Shown: positions 11,971 through 24,824, counted from the first letter of the stretch. The stretch: DNA of 64,000 bases from Octopus sinensis (GCF_006345805.1 NC_043001.1:133672001-133736000), one strand, 5' to 3'. The notes: generated by a model not told the origin, from the letters alone. A program made the numbers and translations.

Positions 11971-12165
11971 GGAGGCGCAATGGCCCAGTGGTTAGGGTAG
12001 CGGACTTGCGGTCGGAGGATCGCGGTTTCGATTCCCAGACCGGGCGTTGTGAGTGTTTATAGAGCGAAAACACCTAAAGCTCCACGAGGCTCCGGCAGGG
12101 AGTGGGGGCGACCCCTGTTGTACTCTTTCGCCCCAACTTTCTCTCAATCTTTCTTCCTGTTTCTT
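11971..12165 (+). mobile_element. SINE family C (tRNA-derived head), 5' part
   Basis: A-box TGGCCCAGTGG and B-box GGTTTCGATTCC; matches 41801-42155. Confidence 0.88.
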
Positions 12166-12259
12166 GAGTAACGCTGCGATGGACCAAACTGTGTCCCCTA
12201 ACAGAGAATGTACTGTAGCATCTGTCCGCCTTAGTAGCATCTCGTATATAAAACCAAGC

Positions 12260-12722
12260 GATTTGGTTTCAAATTTTGGCACAAGGCCAGCATGTTCGGG
12301 GTTAGAGGTAAGCCGATTACATCGATCCCAGTGCTTAACTGGTACTTATTTTATCGGCGAGCTGGCAGAAACGTTAGCACACCGGGCGAAACGCGTAGCC
12401 GTATTTTGTCTGCCATTACGTTCTGAGTTCAAATTCTGCCGAGGTCGACTTTGTCTTTCATCCTTTCGGGGTCGATAAATTAAGTACCAGTTATGCACTG
12501 GGGTCGATGTAATCGACTTAATCCGTTTGTCTGTCCTTGTTTGTCCCCTCTGTGTTTATCCCCTTGTGGGTAGTAAAGAATAGATACTTATTTTATCGAC
12601 CTTGAGAGCATGAAAGGTATAGTCGTTCTCGGCGGAATTTGAACTCAGAACATAAAGACAGACGACATGCTGCTAAGCATTTTGCCAGGCGTGCCAACGA
12701 TTCTACAAGCTCGCCACCTTGA
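12260..12722. mobile_element. Three abutting SINE family A pieces (minus, plus, minus)
   Basis: Near-full plus copy 12356-12583 between two minus-strand fragments. Confidence 0.8.
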
Positions 12723-14500
12723 CTCAAACAATAAGTACTTACAGAATTTACGCTTATTACGTTTTGCCGGATGAACCATTGTGAGTTTCTTGCCACCACC
12801 TTTCCTTTTTCTTCCCCCTTTGAACACGTTAAACCTTCACCTGTGTGATCTCTATTTTTCCGTTTAGACGTACTTACGTTTTTTCTAATCATCGGTCTAT
12901 AATTATGAAGAGATAAAACGGTCAGATAAAAAATATATAACATTTCTTTGTCAGAGGTGTAATTAAATAAATGGTATGAAGTGAATAATTCATATATATA
13001 TATTTGACATGTGTCAAGCTGACTTTACCTATTTCTGGTTGATCATGTACATGACGAAATATTACACTGCATTCACTATCTACAGTAGTCATAGCAACAG
13101 TTTCGCAACCATAACATCTTCACAGATGTAACTGGGTACCAAAGTTCGGGACTCATATATGCACTGTGCACTTGTACCAGTAAATTATTGTTTTGATGTC
13201 ATTGTATATTCGTAACGCTTCTATTGTGAGGTGTGATCTTGTCTAAGGTCCCTTTCGTCTTGGGCAAAATACTGCTAAGCATTTCGCCCGACGTGCTAAC
13301 GATTCTGCCAGCTCGCCGCCTTATAGATTCTGATATAATCGATACCTGCACCTTCTGAAGCGAGCATTTCATTAAGTAGAAAATTTCCTTAAAAAGTATC
13401 CATTTTTCTAGAAGTTATGAGGAGCCAAATTCGGCAGGGGCACACCTGTGAACGTATGTCTTTACTTTATTAGTACGCTATTTATTGTTTTTAAATATGC
13501 TCATATTTGAAAAAAAAAAAGTTAATACTAAATTTTCACAAAAATTTACCATCAATGACATCTTCAAAATGTAATGCTCACTTTACAAGCCATCGCTGCT
13601 GGAAATAGGAGTTCGGTGCAGATTTCAATACTAAAAATATAAATTGTGTGCATATAGAACACGTATAAGTTATATACATAAAGAAACACATTTAGAATAT
13701 ATATATATCACAAAACGAAAGCTCGCCGAGCAGGTATCTTCTGAAACTTTTCATGGAAGCATTGATATCTATTTTCACCTCTTTTCCTTTGCAAATAAGC
13801 TTTCGCTCAAATTTTAGCCCTTTACTGCGAAATTCATCGCCACTTTATATTCTTGCCTTTTATCTCTTTCTTTTTTAAAACAAGTTACTTCATTGTCGAC
13901 CATTTTATATACCTCATTCGAACGACCACTTATTTAAGACAAGCAGGCTTCTTTTTTTTTTTAAGTGTCTATGAAAAAAATATTTGATTCCTGCAGATTT
14001 GGAAACGACCATTGAATTTTGCAAGAATAATTTTGTTAACTTAGAGTGATAAATCATTTATAGTACACTGCAACCTTTTTAAATGTTGAGCTCTGCTTAT
14101 GGACCCATTACCAACACCGCCAAGAAGTATCTTTGTAATCTTAGATCAGAGATTTTGACATGTTTTGTTTTTGTCTTTTTTTCCTCTGTGAGGTTAATTA
14201 GATGTCACTGTCAGGAATTTGTAAAGAGCTCGTACAAATATCCAGTCTTAGGTAAGGCTCCAGTGACAAAATAAAGAAATAAAACAGTTATAAATATTTT
14301 GACAGTATATAATATAAACAATAAAATCTGTCCAATGAGTAATTGCTGGTGGGTGATACAGAAAGCAGAATTTCCCCGTGAATTTTTACACTGACAAAAA
14401 AATTAGACTATGTTCTCAGATCAAGTCTATGTTCTCAGATCAAACTCAACACCAAACCAAAACAATAAACAAGTGAAAAATATACGAAATAAATATTTAC

Positions 14501-14566
14501 CCATGTACTAAATTTAGTTTCGGCTGTTATTTTCCGCAAGGAAAAGTGCAGCCATCATCAGCATGG
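14501..14566 (-). ncRNA. Type I hammerhead ribozyme motif, all three stems intact
   Basis: Minus strand: CCAUG-CUGAUGA-U-[GGCUG cac UUUUCC uugc GGAAAA uaa CAGCC]-GAA-[ACUAAAUUUAGU]-A|CAUGG. Stem I 5 bp, extended stem II, palindromic stem III, GUA cleavage triplet. Confidence 0.82.
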
Positions 14567-14901
14567 TCCCATATAAAATGTAATTTGCTGTACTAAATGC
14601 CAACACGATACCGAAATAACGCGTGCATGGAGTACGGCCTATTACATTTGAAATATATATTTCAAATGTCTTTATTTTGGCGCGATGAGACCCGAGAAAA
14701 CTAGCCTGCAGCTAATAGTTAGCAGCAGTTAATTTATCGGTTAGAGAACAAATATTTATATAAAATTAAATTAAGGGTAAAAATTGATATTTATCAATTA
14801 GAACCAGTGGTCTAGCATATTAAAGAAAGAATCCGAAGATTAAAATATTTATATATACCAATTAAGGACTGAACACGAAAAGTGGACCGTCAACATGCTA
14901 G

Positions 14902-14964
14902 GCTGATGATGGCTGCACTTTTCCTTGCGGAAAATAACAGCCGAAACTAAATTTAGTACATGGG
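14902..14964 (+). ncRNA. Second copy of the same hammerhead motif with stem I disrupted
   Basis: CTGATGA 14903-14909, GAAA 14943-14946, GTA 14956-14958; CTAGG lies between upstream CATG and the core. Confidence 0.6.
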
Positions 14965-15114
14965 TAAATATTTATTTCGTATATTTTTCACTTGTTTATT
15001 GTTTTGGTTTGGTGTTGAGTTTGATCTGAGAACATAGACTTTTTGTGGAGAATGGCGATTTGACGTCTATATCTAGCATGTTGACGGTCCACTTTTCGTG
15101 TTCAGTCCTTAATT

Positions 15115-15150
<36 letters not shown>

Positions 15151-15154
<4 letters not shown>

Positions 15155-15437
15155 CGTGACCGTGACCGACCAGGCCATCAGATGTTGTTACACATCGTTG
15201 GTCACAATGCGCTTCGCATTGTTTAAGCCTTCAAATGACGCCAGGCCAACAGAAGAAAGAATGAGAGAAAGTTGTGGCGAAAGAGTACAGCAGGGATCGC
15301 CACCACCCCCTGCCGGAGCCTCGTGGAGCCTTAGGTGTTTCCGCTCAATAAACACTCACAACGCCTGGTCTGGGAATCGAAACCGCGATCCTACGACCGC
15401 GAGTCCGCTGCCCTAACCACTAGGCCATTGCGCCTCC
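15151..15437 (-). mobile_element. SINE family C with alternative (GGTCAC)n tail
   Basis: Same head as 11971 and 41801; tail ...CTGGTCGGTCACGGTCACGGTGA. Confidence 0.88.
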
Positions 15438-15445
15438 ACACACAT

Positions 15446-15534
<89 letters not shown>

Positions 15535-15561
15535 TATATATAATATGTGTGTGTATACATA

Positions 15562-15702
15562 GTGAATTATATTGCCACTTAAATGTGGCTAACCCCTAAG
15601 GGTGGATGCTACTGTAGCTTGTAGCCCCAGGAGTACGACTACAAGCTACAGTAGCATCCACCCTTAGGGGTTAGCTACATTTAAGTGGCAAATATAATTC
15701 AC
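15562..15702. repeat. Near-perfect palindrome (63/64-bp arms, 14-nt loop)
   Basis: 15562-15624 is the reverse complement of 15639-15702 with one mismatch and one indel; the arm sequence recurs at 27780-27845. Confidence 0.92.
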
Positions 15703-16172
15703 GATGTCGTGCAGCTACAAGTTTATACCTCGCTCAGAGATATTTTATTGCTTATGTATACATACCTATACATATTTCAAAATAGGGCTCTCTGTCTTTC
15801 AACATAGCACATGCCCTTGGCCAGTTGACCCAACATGGGTTGCTCAAATCCCACCTAGTGTCCCAATAACAAGCTATAGTTGGCCAAAGCTGCCTAGTCG
15901 CTTTCTTTGCGACTTTAACGATAGAACGAACACCCCAACCACCCGCTTTGCTGCTCCAGCCCTCTACTTTATTTTCCAATTCCTGTTTTCAAAAATCCTT
16001 CTCTAAGTTTTTTTGTTTAAATGAGATCTGTTCAGTTTAAAGGTAAGTTGGTTGCTACTTTTAGTAGGTCGAGTGACCAGGTAGGGTTCATTGGCTTGTT
16101 GCTCATATTCTTGTTCGTGTTATAAAGATTGTAAAGGCGCCGGACAAAATGCCCAGCAGCATTTGTTCCAGC

Positions 16173-16514
16173 TTTACTCTTTTACTCTTTTACTTGTTTC
16201 AGTCATTTGACTGCGGCCATGGTGGAGCACCGCCTTTAATCGAGCAACTCGACTCCGGTTTTTGTAAGCCCAGTACTTATTCTATCGGTCTCTTTTGCCG
16301 AACCGCCAAGTAACGGGGACTTAAACACACCAGCATCGGTTGTCAAGCAATGCTAGGGGGACAAACACAGACACGCATATATATATACATATACATATAT
16401 ACGACGGGCTTCTTTTCAGTTTCCGTCTACCAAATCCACTTACAAGGCTTTGGTCGGCCCGAGGCTATAATAGAAGACACTTGCCCAAGGTGCCACGCAG
16501 TGGGACTGAACCCG
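16173..16514 (-). mobile_element. SINE family B, head truncated
   Basis: (TCTTTTAC)n tail and family B body on the minus strand. Confidence 0.88.
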
Positions 16515-16812
16515 ATTCCGAGATTAAACTCTACTGAGATCAACTTAGCTTTTCGTTCCTCCGAGATCGAAAAAATAATCTATCATTCAAGTACCATAGT
16601 CGATGAAATCGACTAATCCCACCCTTCAAAATTACTGGCTTTGTGCCTAAATTAGAAAATATTATTGTTGTTGCTACTATTGTTGCTGTTGTTGCTATCG
16701 TTATTGATGATGCTTTTGTTATCGTTGCTATTGTTATTTAACCACAGGTAAGTTTTCGACTGAGGAAACCTTTGATCGGAAACAATCCCGTCTTTATAGG
16801 GATGTCCTTAGA

Positions 16813-16984
16813 CATACAAGCGTAGCTAGGTGGGGGCGGCAGGGACGGTCCACCCCGGGCGGCACTTTTAAAGGGGCACCACTTTTGGGTCTGCTGTAGG
16901 CAATGTGTGTTCCTTGTGGGGTCCGGGGGTGGGGGGCAAACAGAAGGGACGCACCGGGCGGCACACACTCTAGCTACGCTAGTG
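16813..16984. mobile_element. GC-rich MITE-like insert
   Basis: Terminal inverted motif AGCGTAGCTAG / CTAGCTACGCT around a GC-rich 170-bp block; TSD unclear. Confidence 0.45.
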
Positions 16985-17274
16985 CTTAGGTATATAAAGT
17001 GTGCCCAGCCTTGTTTTAAGACAATTGGGCAGAGAGGAGATTTGATTGGAGATAGTCTGTGACTGCTATTTCTAGCATGCAGGTGGACTCTATAAAGGCT
17101 TCGCGCAAAACTATTGTTACCACTACCATTGTTGTCAGCTTGTGAGTGTGAACAAACAAAATAATATATTCCGTTTTCATTTTTGTCTAAATTCAAGTGA
17201 AAAACATCTCAGAGTGACCTTGTGATCTACTTGATGATAATATCTCTTTTTTTCCCCTACCCACCCTCTCTCTT

Positions 17275-17313
17275 CTATCTATCTATATATATATATATAT
17301 ATATATATATAAC

Positions 17314-17359
<46 letters not shown>

Positions 17360-17395
17360 CTATACATATATTATATATATATATACTATATATCT

Positions 17396-17446
<51 letters not shown>

Positions 17447-17611
17447 TATATATATATATATACATATCTATATATATATATACATATACATATATATATA
17501 TACATATATATATATATATTATATTATATATATATACATATACATAATATATATACATATATATATATATATATATCTATATACAATATATATATATATA
17601 CATATATATAT

Positions 17612-17709
<98 letters not shown>

Positions 17710-17724
17710 CTATATTACATATAC

Positions 17725-17771
<47 letters not shown>

Positions 17772-17803
17772 TATATTATTATAACTATATATAATATATT
17801 ATA

Positions 17804-17851
<48 letters not shown>

Positions 17852-17857
17852 ATATAC

Positions 17858-17904
<47 letters not shown>

Positions 17905-17950
17905 CATAGACATATATATATATACATAATATTATATATATATATATATC
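17275..17950. repeat. Compound (TA)n/(CA)n low-complexity array
   Basis: Direct inspection. Confidence 0.97.
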
Positions 17951-18146
17951 TGTCTCTGCTCTTAAGTAGGTATTTACTTTTTAGCGACATTTCATGGGTC
18001 AATATTTGTTTGACGTCACCAAACGGAAACCACAGTGCAGCTGAAATAAATTAAACAAAAACAAAGAATTCGAAAAGAAAAACAAAAGGGATAAGAATTA
18101 AGTGGCGGAAGTATTGAGATTAACACCGAAGAGACAGACTGGGCCT

Positions 18147-18690
18147 TACACACACACACACACACATACATACATACATACATAACACACACATACTACA
18201 TACATACACACATACATACCACACACATACATACATACTACACACATACATACACACACACATACAACATACATACATACATACACCATACATACATACA
18301 TACACACATACATACATCATACATACATACACACATACATACATACATACATACTACACACACACACATACATACATACACACAATACATAACACACTAC
18401 ATACATACATACCACATACATACAACACACATACATACAGACTACTACATACATACACACACACATCACACTACATGCATACATACATACATACATACTA
18501 CACCCACACACACCTACATACACACACACATACATACATACATACATACATACATACACACATACATAATACATACATACATACACACATACATCATACA
18601 TACACACACACACATACATACATACATACACACATACAACACCACACACATACATACATACATACACACATACATACACACACACATACT

Positions 18691-18721
<31 letters not shown>

Positions 18722-18734
18722 TACATACATACAT

Positions 18735-18765
<31 letters not shown>

Positions 18766-18890
18766 TACATACACACATACATACACACACACATACATAC
18801 ACACACACATACATACATACATACACACATACATACACACACACATACATACATACATACATACACACATACACACACACATACATACAT

Positions 18891-18923
<33 letters not shown>

Positions 18924-18936
18924 TACATACATACAT

Positions 18937-18967
<31 letters not shown>

Positions 18968-19030
18968 TACACACACACATACATACACACACACATACAT
19001 ACATACACACACACATACATACATACACAC

Positions 19031-19091
<61 letters not shown>

Positions 19092-20314
19092 TACATACAC
19101 ACACACATACATACATACATACATACATACATACATACATACATACATACATACAACATTCCCACACACACCATACATACATACATCACACACCCACACA
19201 TACATACACACACACACACATACATACATACATACATACATACACACATACATACATACACCACCACATACATACATACATCACACATACATACACACAC
19301 ACTACAGACATACATACATACCACACACACATACATACATACATACATACATACATACATAAATACATACACACATACATACATACATACATACCACATA
19401 CATACATACACACTACATAACATACATACATACATACATACATACACACACACATACATACATACAACATACATACATACATACCCCACACATACATACA
19501 TACACTCATACATACATACACATACATACATACACACATCATACATACATACAGACACATACATACATACATACCTACATTACATACATACATACACACA
19601 CACACATACATACATACATACATACATACATACACACATACATACATACATACACCATACATACATACATACACACCACATACATACATACACACATACA
19701 TACATACATACAACAACACATACATACATACACTCATACATACATACATACTACATACACACATATATACACACACATACATACATACATACATACATCC
19801 ATACATACACACATACATAACACACCTACATGCATACATACATACATACATACACACATACACACACACAACATACATACCATACATACATACATACACA
19901 CATACATACATACATACACACATACATACACACACACATACATACATACATACACCATACATACATACATAACATACAGACATACATACACACATAATAC
20001 AACACACATACATACATACATACATACTACATACACACATACATACACACATACATGCATACATACATACATACATACAACACATACATACATACTACAT
20101 ACATACATACACACACACATACATACATCATACATACATACATACATACATACATACATACATACTACATAAATACATACATACATACATACATACATAC
20201 ACACATACATACATACATACATACATACATACATACCACACACACACATACAACATACATACACACATACATACATACACCTACATACATACATACATAC
20301 ATACATACATACAT

Positions 20315-20345
<31 letters not shown>

Positions 20346-20510
20346 TACATACATACATACACACATACATACATACATACATACATACATACATACATAC
20401 ATACACAGGCATATATATATATTATTTATATTATTTATTATACTATATATTATTTATTTACACACGCATGTATATATATATATGTGTGTGTGTGTATGTA
20501 TGTATGTATG

Positions 20511-20541
<31 letters not shown>

Positions 20542-20653
20542 ATATATCTGTATGTATGTATATGCAAGTATATATATATGTGTGTGTGTATACATATGTA
20601 TATATGTATATACATATATATATGTATGTTTGTATGTATATATATATACACAC

Positions 20654-20705
<52 letters not shown>

Positions 20706-20750
20706 ATGTATGTACGTCTATATGTATGTATATGCATATATACACACACA
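18147..20750. repeat. About 2.3-kb (CATA)n/(CA)n array followed by TA/TG repeats
   Basis: Direct inspection; source of the long YIHT/MYVC ORFs. Confidence 0.97.
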
Positions 20751-21722
20751 CGAATATGCAAACAATTTTTTTTAAATTTCGCCTCTACAGTATTAAGTGT
20801 TTCATCCACCAGTGTCATGCTGACAACATATTAATGATGTGGAGTGGGGGGGACTTCAACCTTCACAGACTTGATTGGTCTACAAACAGCTTGAAACCAG
20901 GTTTTTCTACCTCAACCCTTGATAAGGAAGCAATCGAATTGATTTTTGATTTTATGGATGGGTTTTTCCTGACCCAACTTGTTCGTGCACCAATAAGGTG
21001 TCACCAAAACACCTTGAACCTAGTGTTCAGTAACCACACAGATACTATCCTCAATATTGTAGTGGAAAAAGCACCATTACTCTCAGACCATGACATGGTT
21101 CTCTGATCTGAGATTCTACCACCCAAAGATCAAATCCAGTGACATCTCTCCAGTCCATTCATTTGACACTGTGGATCTTCATAAGGCAGACAAGTTGACT
21201 AGGCCTTCACGCATGCCATGCACACACCCCTCCAACACGAACTCATCATGGCAGACATTTGTAAATACTGTGACAAATATATGCGCAAAACACACTCCAT
21301 TAGGATCAGTATACAAATCTAAGTATAGAATCCCTAGAAATAGAAGAACAATTATAAGAAAAATAAAAAGAATTAACAAAAAAATCAACCAACTTAAATA
21401 CTGCCAGCAGCAACGCACCCATTCGATTGCCATTGCATTACTCGAATCGAAAAAAACACGACCTCCAAAAAAGCCTGATGGTCATCATTAACAGTCAAAA
21501 AGCAACTGAGGAGAGTTGGGCCATTGAGAAAATAAAACTCAATCCCAAAATGTTCTTTTCATTTGCAAAAAAAAAACAACAACATAAAGACGCTATTCCC
21601 ACTGTTGGTCCACTGGTTGACGAGAACAACACTCTACCGATGATGCAGAATCCATGTGCGAGATACTACAGAGACAATACTGCTGCGTCTTCAGTGATCC
21701 TAATGCGGTTGATCTGGCTAGT

Positions 21723-22106
21723 GGAAGCACTCCGTCGGTTACGACGATGAGGGTTCCGGTTGATCCGAATCAACGGAACAGCCTTCTCGTGAAATTAACA
21801 TGTAAGTGGCTGAGCACTCCACAGACACGTGTACCCTTAACATAGTTCTCGGGGATATTCAGCGTGACACAGAGAGTGACAAGGCCAGCCCTTTGAAATA
21901 CAGGTACAACAGAAACAGGAAGTAAGAGTGAGAGAAAGTTGTGGTGAAAGAGTACAGCAGGGATCACCACCATCCCTTGCCGGAGCCTCGTGGAGCTTTA
22001 GGTGTTTTCGCTCAATAAGCACTCACAACGCCCGGTCTGGGAATCGAAACCGCGATCCTATGACCGCGAGTCCGCTGCCCTAACCACTGGGCCATTGTGC
22101 CTCCAC
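21723..22106 (-). mobile_element. Full-length SINE family C with 13-bp TSD
   Basis: TGATCTG(G/T)CTAGT at 21710-21722 and 22107-22119 (12/13). Confidence 0.92.
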
Positions 22107-22161
22107 TGATCTGTCTAGTATCAGTGATGTAAACCCTCAACTAACCATATCTCACATAACT

Positions 22162-22393
22162 ATTTCTTTACTACCCACAAGGGGCCAAACACAGAGAGGA
22201 CAAACAAGGACAGACAAACGGATTAAGTCGATTATATCGACCCCAGTGCGTAACTGGTACTTAATTTATCGACCCCGAAAGGATGAAAGGCAAAGTCGAC
22301 CTCGGCGGAATTTGAACTCAGAACGTAGCGGCAGATGAAATACCGCTAGGCATTTCGTCCGGCGTGCTAACGTTTCTGCCAGTTCGCCGCCTT
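22162..22393 (-). mobile_element. Full-length SINE family A with 13-bp TSD
   Basis: ATCT(C/G)ACATAACT at 22149-22161 and 22394-22406 (12/13). Confidence 0.92.
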
Positions 22394-22775
22394 ATCTGAC
22401 ATAACTTTTGGTGTTCCTGATATCCGAAGAGAAATAGATAAGATCAAGCACAACTCGACAAATTTCGCCGAGTTCGACTTTGCCTGTTGAACACTGGTAT
22501 TGAGGTAACTGACTTACCCACTTCCCCGAACTTGCTGGCCTTGTGCCAAATTTTGAAGCCAATATAAAAGGGAAACTGTAAAACAGAAGTTGGAGTCACA
22601 AATTTTAAAACCTTCGTCTCTAAACTGCACCATCTGAAGCAAGAACTTACTGCCTCAGCTAAAAAACCTAAAAAATTTTTTAATTGCGTATTATAAATGT
22701 CAAATACTGAATTGACTGTTTACCAGATGTTTACCAGATGTCCCAAATCAATCTACTGCAGCTTCAATATAAACT

Positions 22776-23202
22776 CTCTTTTTCTCTTTCTCTTTTCTCT
22801 TTTACTAGTTTCAGTCATTTGACTGCGGCCATGCTGGAGCACCGCCTTTAGTCGAGCAACTCGAGCCCGGGACTTATTCTTTTGTAAGCCCAGTACTTAT
22901 TCTATCGGTCTTTTTTGCCGAACCGCTAAGTTACGGGGACGTAAACACACCAGCATCGGTTGTCAAGCGAAGTTGGGAGGGGGGACGAACACAGACACAC
23001 AAACACATAAACACACATACATATATATATACATATATACGACGGGCTTCTTTCAGTTTCCGTCTACCAAATCCACTCACAAGGCTTTGGTCGGCCCGGG
23101 GCTATAGCAGAAGACACTTGCCCAAGGTGCCACGCAGTGGGACTGAACCCGGAACCATGTAGTTGGTTAGCAAGCTACTTACCACACAGCCACTCCTGCG
23201 CC
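22776..23202 (-). mobile_element. Full-length SINE family B with TSD
   Basis: TATAAACT at 22768-22775 and 23203-23210. Confidence 0.92.
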
Positions 23203-23438
23203 TATAAACTGCTCAATTTTTGTAAAGTTCACTCCATCAGATGCACAAGTTGAGAAAATCTGAAAGTTACTGAAAAATCTTCAAGAACCAAGATACGTAG
23301 AAGAACTTATGCAAGGCTACTACAAACATGTGCGACAAAAACAATAAGAAACTAGTGCTGCAGTCCTAGAAAGAGTCGTGAAGGAAATGGCAATCCAAAA
23401 ATCCACAAGCTCAGATCTTAATGATGATGATGATGATG

Positions 23439-23470
<32 letters not shown>

Positions 23471-24004
23471 TCCAACATTATGGAATAACAACAGAAAAAA
23501 GATGGTATAGGCACACACCAGAAAAGGTCACAGAAAACGAGAAAGCAACCATACTCTGGGATATGCCGATACACACATAGAGAAATTAAGGCCAACAGAC
23601 CAGATATAGTTGTCAGAGATCATTGAAGGAAAAAAAAATGCTTTCTAATTGATGTATCAATACCGGCAGATGACAACGTGTCTCTAAAAGAAATGGAGAA
23701 ACTCTCAAAATACAAAGACCGGAAATAGAGGTAACTAGAATGTGGAATCTGAAAACAGAAACAATTCCTATCATAGTAGGTGCATTAGGCATGATAAAAA
23801 AATATTCAGACAAATACATAACAAAAACACCAGGACTTACAAACACATATAACATACAGAAAATTGCACTACTAGGCACTGCACACATCCTACGCAGAAC
23901 ACTTTCCATAGAGCATCACAACAAATCACAGCACATACCCAAGGCACACAGAGCTGCGCTCGGTAGTGAAGTGAAAGCACGCTACAAAAATAAAACTAAC
24001 TGGA
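23471..24004 (+). mobile_element. 5'-truncated R4/Dong-like non-LTR retrotransposon (restriction-like endonuclease end) inside a (TAA)n tract
   Basis: With frameshifts: WYRHTPEKVTENEKATILWDMPIH..IKANRPDIVVRD..CFLIDVSIPADDN..EKLSKYKD..RMWNLKTETIPIIVGALG (PD..D..K RLE motif); (TAA)n on both sides. Confidence 0.85.
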
Positions 24005-24027
24005 TAATAATAATAATAATAATGATA

Positions 24028-24096
<69 letters not shown>

Positions 24097-24190
24097 TAAT
24101 AATAATAATAATAATAATGATGATGATGATAATGAAATCATTGTATACAGTGCTCAGGTGCACCACAACAAAAATTTAATTTTTAACGAT

Positions 24191-24272
24191 CGCTGCGAAC
24201 AGGATTCGAACCTGCGCAGGAAAATCCCATCGGATTTCGAGTCCAACACCTTAACCACTCTGCCATCACAGC
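24191..24272 (-). tRNA. tRNA-Ser(CGA): tRNA-Ser(CGA) gene or recent pseudogene
   Basis: 82-nt cloverleaf GCTGTGATGGCAGAGTGGTTAAGGTGTTGGACTCGAAATCCGATGGGATTTTCCTGCGCAGGTTCGAATCCTGTTCGCAGCG: CGA anticodon, long variable arm, G discriminator, downstream T run. Several G:U pairs and one D-stem mismatch. Confidence 0.85.
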
Positions 24273-24611
24273 TCTAGTACTCGGCCATCACAGCTCTTAC
24301 AACAGGCATCTCAAATCTTAGGGTTGAGATTTAATTATACTGTATGGAAAGAGTATCAAGTGTACGTTAGACGTACTTAAATGGGTGTTAGCTGTAATTA
24401 CTCTGTTCATTTCAAAAAGTATCCTAACCAGCCAAAACCAAAAGATACCATCCAACAGCTCGCCAGAACATCATTTATGATATGCACTGATTGCCCCGAC
24501 CTGTTTCCCGTATGCCACCAACATTATCAGATCTGATTAGGGAGAGGGAAGGGAATTTGAGGCTGTTCGGAGCAGTTGCTGATCACAAAATGAAACAGGT
24601 ATGAATAGTAA

Positions 24612-24780
24612 GGCGTAAGAGTGGCTGTGTGGTAAGTAGCTTGCTTACGAACCACATGGTTCCGGGTTCGGTCCCACTGCGTGGCACCTTGGGCAAGTGT
24701 CTTCTACTATAGCCTCGGGCCGACCAAAGCCTTGTGAGTGGATTTGGTAGACGGAAACTGAAAGACGCCCGTCGTATGTA

Positions 24781-24824
<44 letters not shown>

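Larger units (their letters stand above)
14423..15123. mobile_element. Probable Penelope-like element remnant with inverted, hammerhead-bearing terminal repeats
   Basis: Perfect 140-bp inverted repeat (14423-14562 / 14902-15041), each arm holding a hammerhead core, plus a second 51-bp inverted repeat (14851-14901 / 15073-15123). No PLE ORF recognised. Confidence 0.65.
20830..22465 (+). pseudogene. CR1-like LINE ORF2 remnant (endonuclease C-terminus plus linker) split by two SINEs
   Basis: GDFNLHRLDW...FLTQLVRAPIR..NTLNLVFSN...SDHDMV (APE motifs), AIEKIKLNPKMFFSFAK, CEILQRQYCCVFSD. The frame is restored across both SINEs once their TSDs are collapsed. Confidence 0.82.

Noticed and set aside
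12745-12780. Possible 36-nt exon (ACAG...GTGAGT)
   Set aside because: No pyrimidine tract, lies between SINE fragments, and no recognisable peptide.
16755-16800. CTGAGGA...GAAAC...GTC hammerhead-like spacing
   Set aside because: Stems I and II cannot be formed convincingly.
18120-20834. Long ORFs of 200-400 aa ([12 protein letters not shown]), also at 25571-27057 and 32291-33337
   Set aside because: Stop-free translations of (CATA)n, (CA)n and 28-bp repeats; no coding complexity.
22560-23420. Coding-looking decayed text flanking the SINE B (..KKPKKFFNCV.., ..LERVVKEMAIQK..)
   Set aside because: Contains stops and cannot be assigned to any family without a database search.
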